Positions 62,065 through 64,000 of a stretch of 64,000 bases of DNA are shown one piece after another. The stretch's first letter is position 1. Every line of letters begins with the position of its first letter. The DNA comes from Cyanobacteriota bacterium. GTDB taxonomy: Bacteria > Cyanobacteriota > Cyanobacteriia > PCC-6307 > Cyanobiaceae. The stretch lies in NCBI GenBank assembly GCA_046052125.1, contig JBJOMY010000003.1:160001-224000 (forward strand). Direction: 5' to 3'. Made by a program: the position numbers and the translations under genes. The notes under the pieces are model-generated. The model did no database searches. It had not been told where the DNA came from and was given only the letters and a program-made list of their open reading frames with translations.

Positions 62065-62726
62065 TGCTTGCCCTGGCGTTCGTGGTGATTCCCCATCTGC
62101 TCTGGGCCCAGCGGCTGGTTGCTGATCTGCGACCGGAACACAACAGCTATGGGCGCAATCCCTCTCTGGTGGTGTGGCGTGGTGTGGATGGAGCGCCGAT
62201 CAGCCGCAACCGCAGTGATTGCTCCAGCTTCATCACCGCGTTATGGAGCCGTGCCTACGGCTATGGCTCAGATCAGATGCGCCAGTGGCTTGGGGTTGCG
62301 GCACCGCGAGCACGCGACTATCACGACGCCATCGTGAAGGGCAATCGGTTTCAACGGATTGAGCGGATTGTCGATCTGCAGTCAGGTGATCTCCTGGCCA
62401 CGCGCTATCAGCGCAGCCGCTCTGATGCCACCGGGCACGTGATGTTGGCGGCGTCGCGGCCGACGGCTGTGGGTGTTTGTTCTGGGGTTTTGTGCGTGTT
62501 TCGGCTGCAGGTGATTGATTCATCCCGCAGCGGTCATGGACCACTCGATACCCGGCAAGGCAAGGCCGGCGTTGGCGAGGGTGTGATTCGGCTGCAGACC
62601 ACTCGAGATGGTCGTTTGCAGGGGTACCGCTGGAGTGAACGAGGCAGCTCCCGCTGGCGCTTGGCACCAGAGGAATCGCTGGTGGTGGGGCGGTTTATTG
62701 GGCCAGTGTCCAGAGCTGGTGGGTGA
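62064..62726 (+). CDS. Putative secreted NlpC/P60-like cysteine hydrolase
   Basis: SY..., SDCSSFI, LQSGDLL, TGHVML; start overlaps the upstream stop (GTGATG). Confidence 0.6.
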   Translation: MLALAFVVIPHLLWAQRLVADLRPEHNSYGRNPSLVVWRGVDGAPISRNRSDCSSFITALWSRAYGYGSDQMRQWLGVAAPRARDYHDAIVKGNRFQRIERIVDLQSGDLLATRYQRSRSDATGHVMLAASRPTAVGVCSGVLCVFRLQVIDSSRSGHGPLDTRQGKAGVGEGVIRLQTTRDGRLQGYRWSERGSSRWRLAPEESLVVGRFIGPVSRAGG

Positions 62727-63687
62727 TGAACAGTGCGCCCATGGCAGAGCTGATCATCACCAGCATCCAGGGGAGGACCTGTTTTCGCCCGTACAGCACC
62801 ACATCGTTGGCGTAGGAGAGGATCGCGATCACCACGAGGATGTGGTTGCCCTGAAAGGGCAATGCGTCCATCCCGAGCTGAATGAACAGCACCTCCACGC
62901 TCCACACAAAGGCAATGCTCAGGAGCAGCGCCACCACATAGCGATTGAGCCCCACGATCAGGCTGCGCGCACTGATGGCGTGAACCAGTTGCTCCACGCT
63001 CAGGCATCCCACCACAAACATGGCGGCACTGAGGGGTTCCAACAGCAGGGCGGCGGCCATTGGGGCAACCACGTAACCACCCGGGCGCTGGTGGGTGCGC
63101 TTGTAGATCGCCATGCCCACCAGGAGTGCGATGAGGAACTGAATCGACTTGGCATGCAGCTGAATGCTGCTCACATGCCTGTAGTACTGGTTGAGTTCGT
63201 TGAAGTCGATTCGAAAGAGAGCGCTGCCGATCACCACAATGGTGAGGGTGAAGAGCAGGGTGCCTGTGGTCACCACCAGCATTCCCTTGCTCACCGGCCG
63301 CCAGCTTTGGCGATGCAGGTTGAAGGCGATCACAGCTGGTAAGAGGCTGCCAGTGATGCCATCGAGGCTTCCCGCAATCACGCCGAGCTGAAGGGCAGCG
63401 AGGGCCAGGGGGGGGCTGATGAGTAAGGACAGCACGCCAAGGATGTACATCGGCCGCCGCCGTTGATGCTGGAGCCGCTCAAACCAACGCTGATAGATCC
63501 ACTGGATCAGGTAGGCCATTGCAATCACGGCCAGGCACCAGAGCGGTGAGACCAGAAATAGGTTGGTGAGGATCCCGGGAACAATGATTCCGCCGGGGGT
63601 GATGCCATTGCGCTGCTGCCAGAACAAGGCCAGCAGGCTCCCGATCGCCAGGCTGAAACGCTGAATCTCCGGTGTGATCAGCTCCAT
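62695..63687 (-). CDS. capC: Poly-gamma-glutamate synthesis PgsC/CapC-like protein, internally duplicated
   Basis: NGITPGGIIVPG...LLPAVIAFNLHRQ; second repeat HQRPGGYVVAP...IVGLNRY...SYAND. Confidence 0.75.
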   Translation of the reverse strand: MELITPEIQRFSLAIGSLLALFWQQRNGITPGGIIVPGILTNLFLVSPLWCLAVIAMAYLIQWIYQRWFERLQHQRRRPMYILGVLSLLISPPLALAALQLGVIAGSLDGITGSLLPAVIAFNLHRQSWRPVSKGMLVVTTGTLLFTLTIVVIGSALFRIDFNELNQYYRHVSSIQLHAKSIQFLIALLVGMAIYKRTHQRPGGYVVAPMAAALLLEPLSAAMFVVGCLSVEQLVHAISARSLIVGLNRYVVALLLSIAFVWSVEVLFIQLGMDALPFQGNHILVVIAILSYANDVVLYGRKQVLPWMLVMISSAMGALFITHQLWTLAQ

Positions 63688-64000
63688 GCCAGTTGTTGGT
63701 TGATGGCATCCATCAAGCGGCTGGCTTGGGGGGTATGGATGTTCACAGCGCCAATCAGCACGGCTGAGCTCTCTCGATCGATCACGCCGCTGATGGTGTT
63801 GAGCAGGGTTGCTCCGCTGGCGTCCCTGAATCGGCTTCCGTTACCGCAATGAATCAGCCGGCAGGGCTTGCGCGTTGCAATCTCGCTCACTTCTTTTTCG
63901 TAGTCACCAAAGGTGAACACGGTGCTGAAGTTCAGTTGCAGTGCGAGTTCGGTGAACAGATGAACGCGGCTTTGCCGGTCGTGGCGATTGTTGAGAATCA
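63678..64000 (-). CDS. capB: Poly-gamma-glutamate synthetase PgsB/CapB-like, C-terminal part (starts beyond the window)
   Basis: Manual translation ILNNRHDRQSR...VLIGAVNIH matches PgsB N-x-R-x-DR-x-x-R and G-x-x-NIH; overlaps the capC start. Confidence 0.7.
   Translation of the reverse strand, partial: ILNNRHDRQSRVHLFTELALQLNFSTVFTFGDYEKEVSEIATRKPCRLIHCGNGSRFRDASGATLLNTISGVIDRESSAVLIGAVNIHTPQASRLMDAINQQLAWS

Overview
High-GC picocyanobacterial chromosome segment (Cyanobium/Synechococcus-like, inferred from gene content). From left to right it holds: a partial cmpA bicarbonate-binding gene and a group-2 sigma factor; a nitrogen cluster (glnA-type glutamine riboswitch controlling a DUF4278 gene, two ammonium transporters with NtcA-like boxes, a second PII gene with a modified T-loop linked to amtB, and a NatFGH/AapJQMP-type amino-acid ABC transporter); a K+/ion-homeostasis cluster; and core genes (chlN-chlB-[amidohydrolase]-chlL, por, psaM, trpF, folE, accA, aar-ado, S1 paralog, cryptochrome/photolyase, AbrB-like). 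The right end (about 54.7-64 kb) looks accessory. It has a strongly divergent psbA that keeps all Mn4CaO5 ligands but has a remodelled QB/pheophytin side, a Na+/K+-ATPase-like P2C pump, and a putative poly-gamma-glutamate locus (partial capB/pgsB plus an internally duplicated capC/pgsC) converging on a HlyD-like gene and an NlpC/P60-like gene. All calls come from motif recognition by eye; no searches were run.
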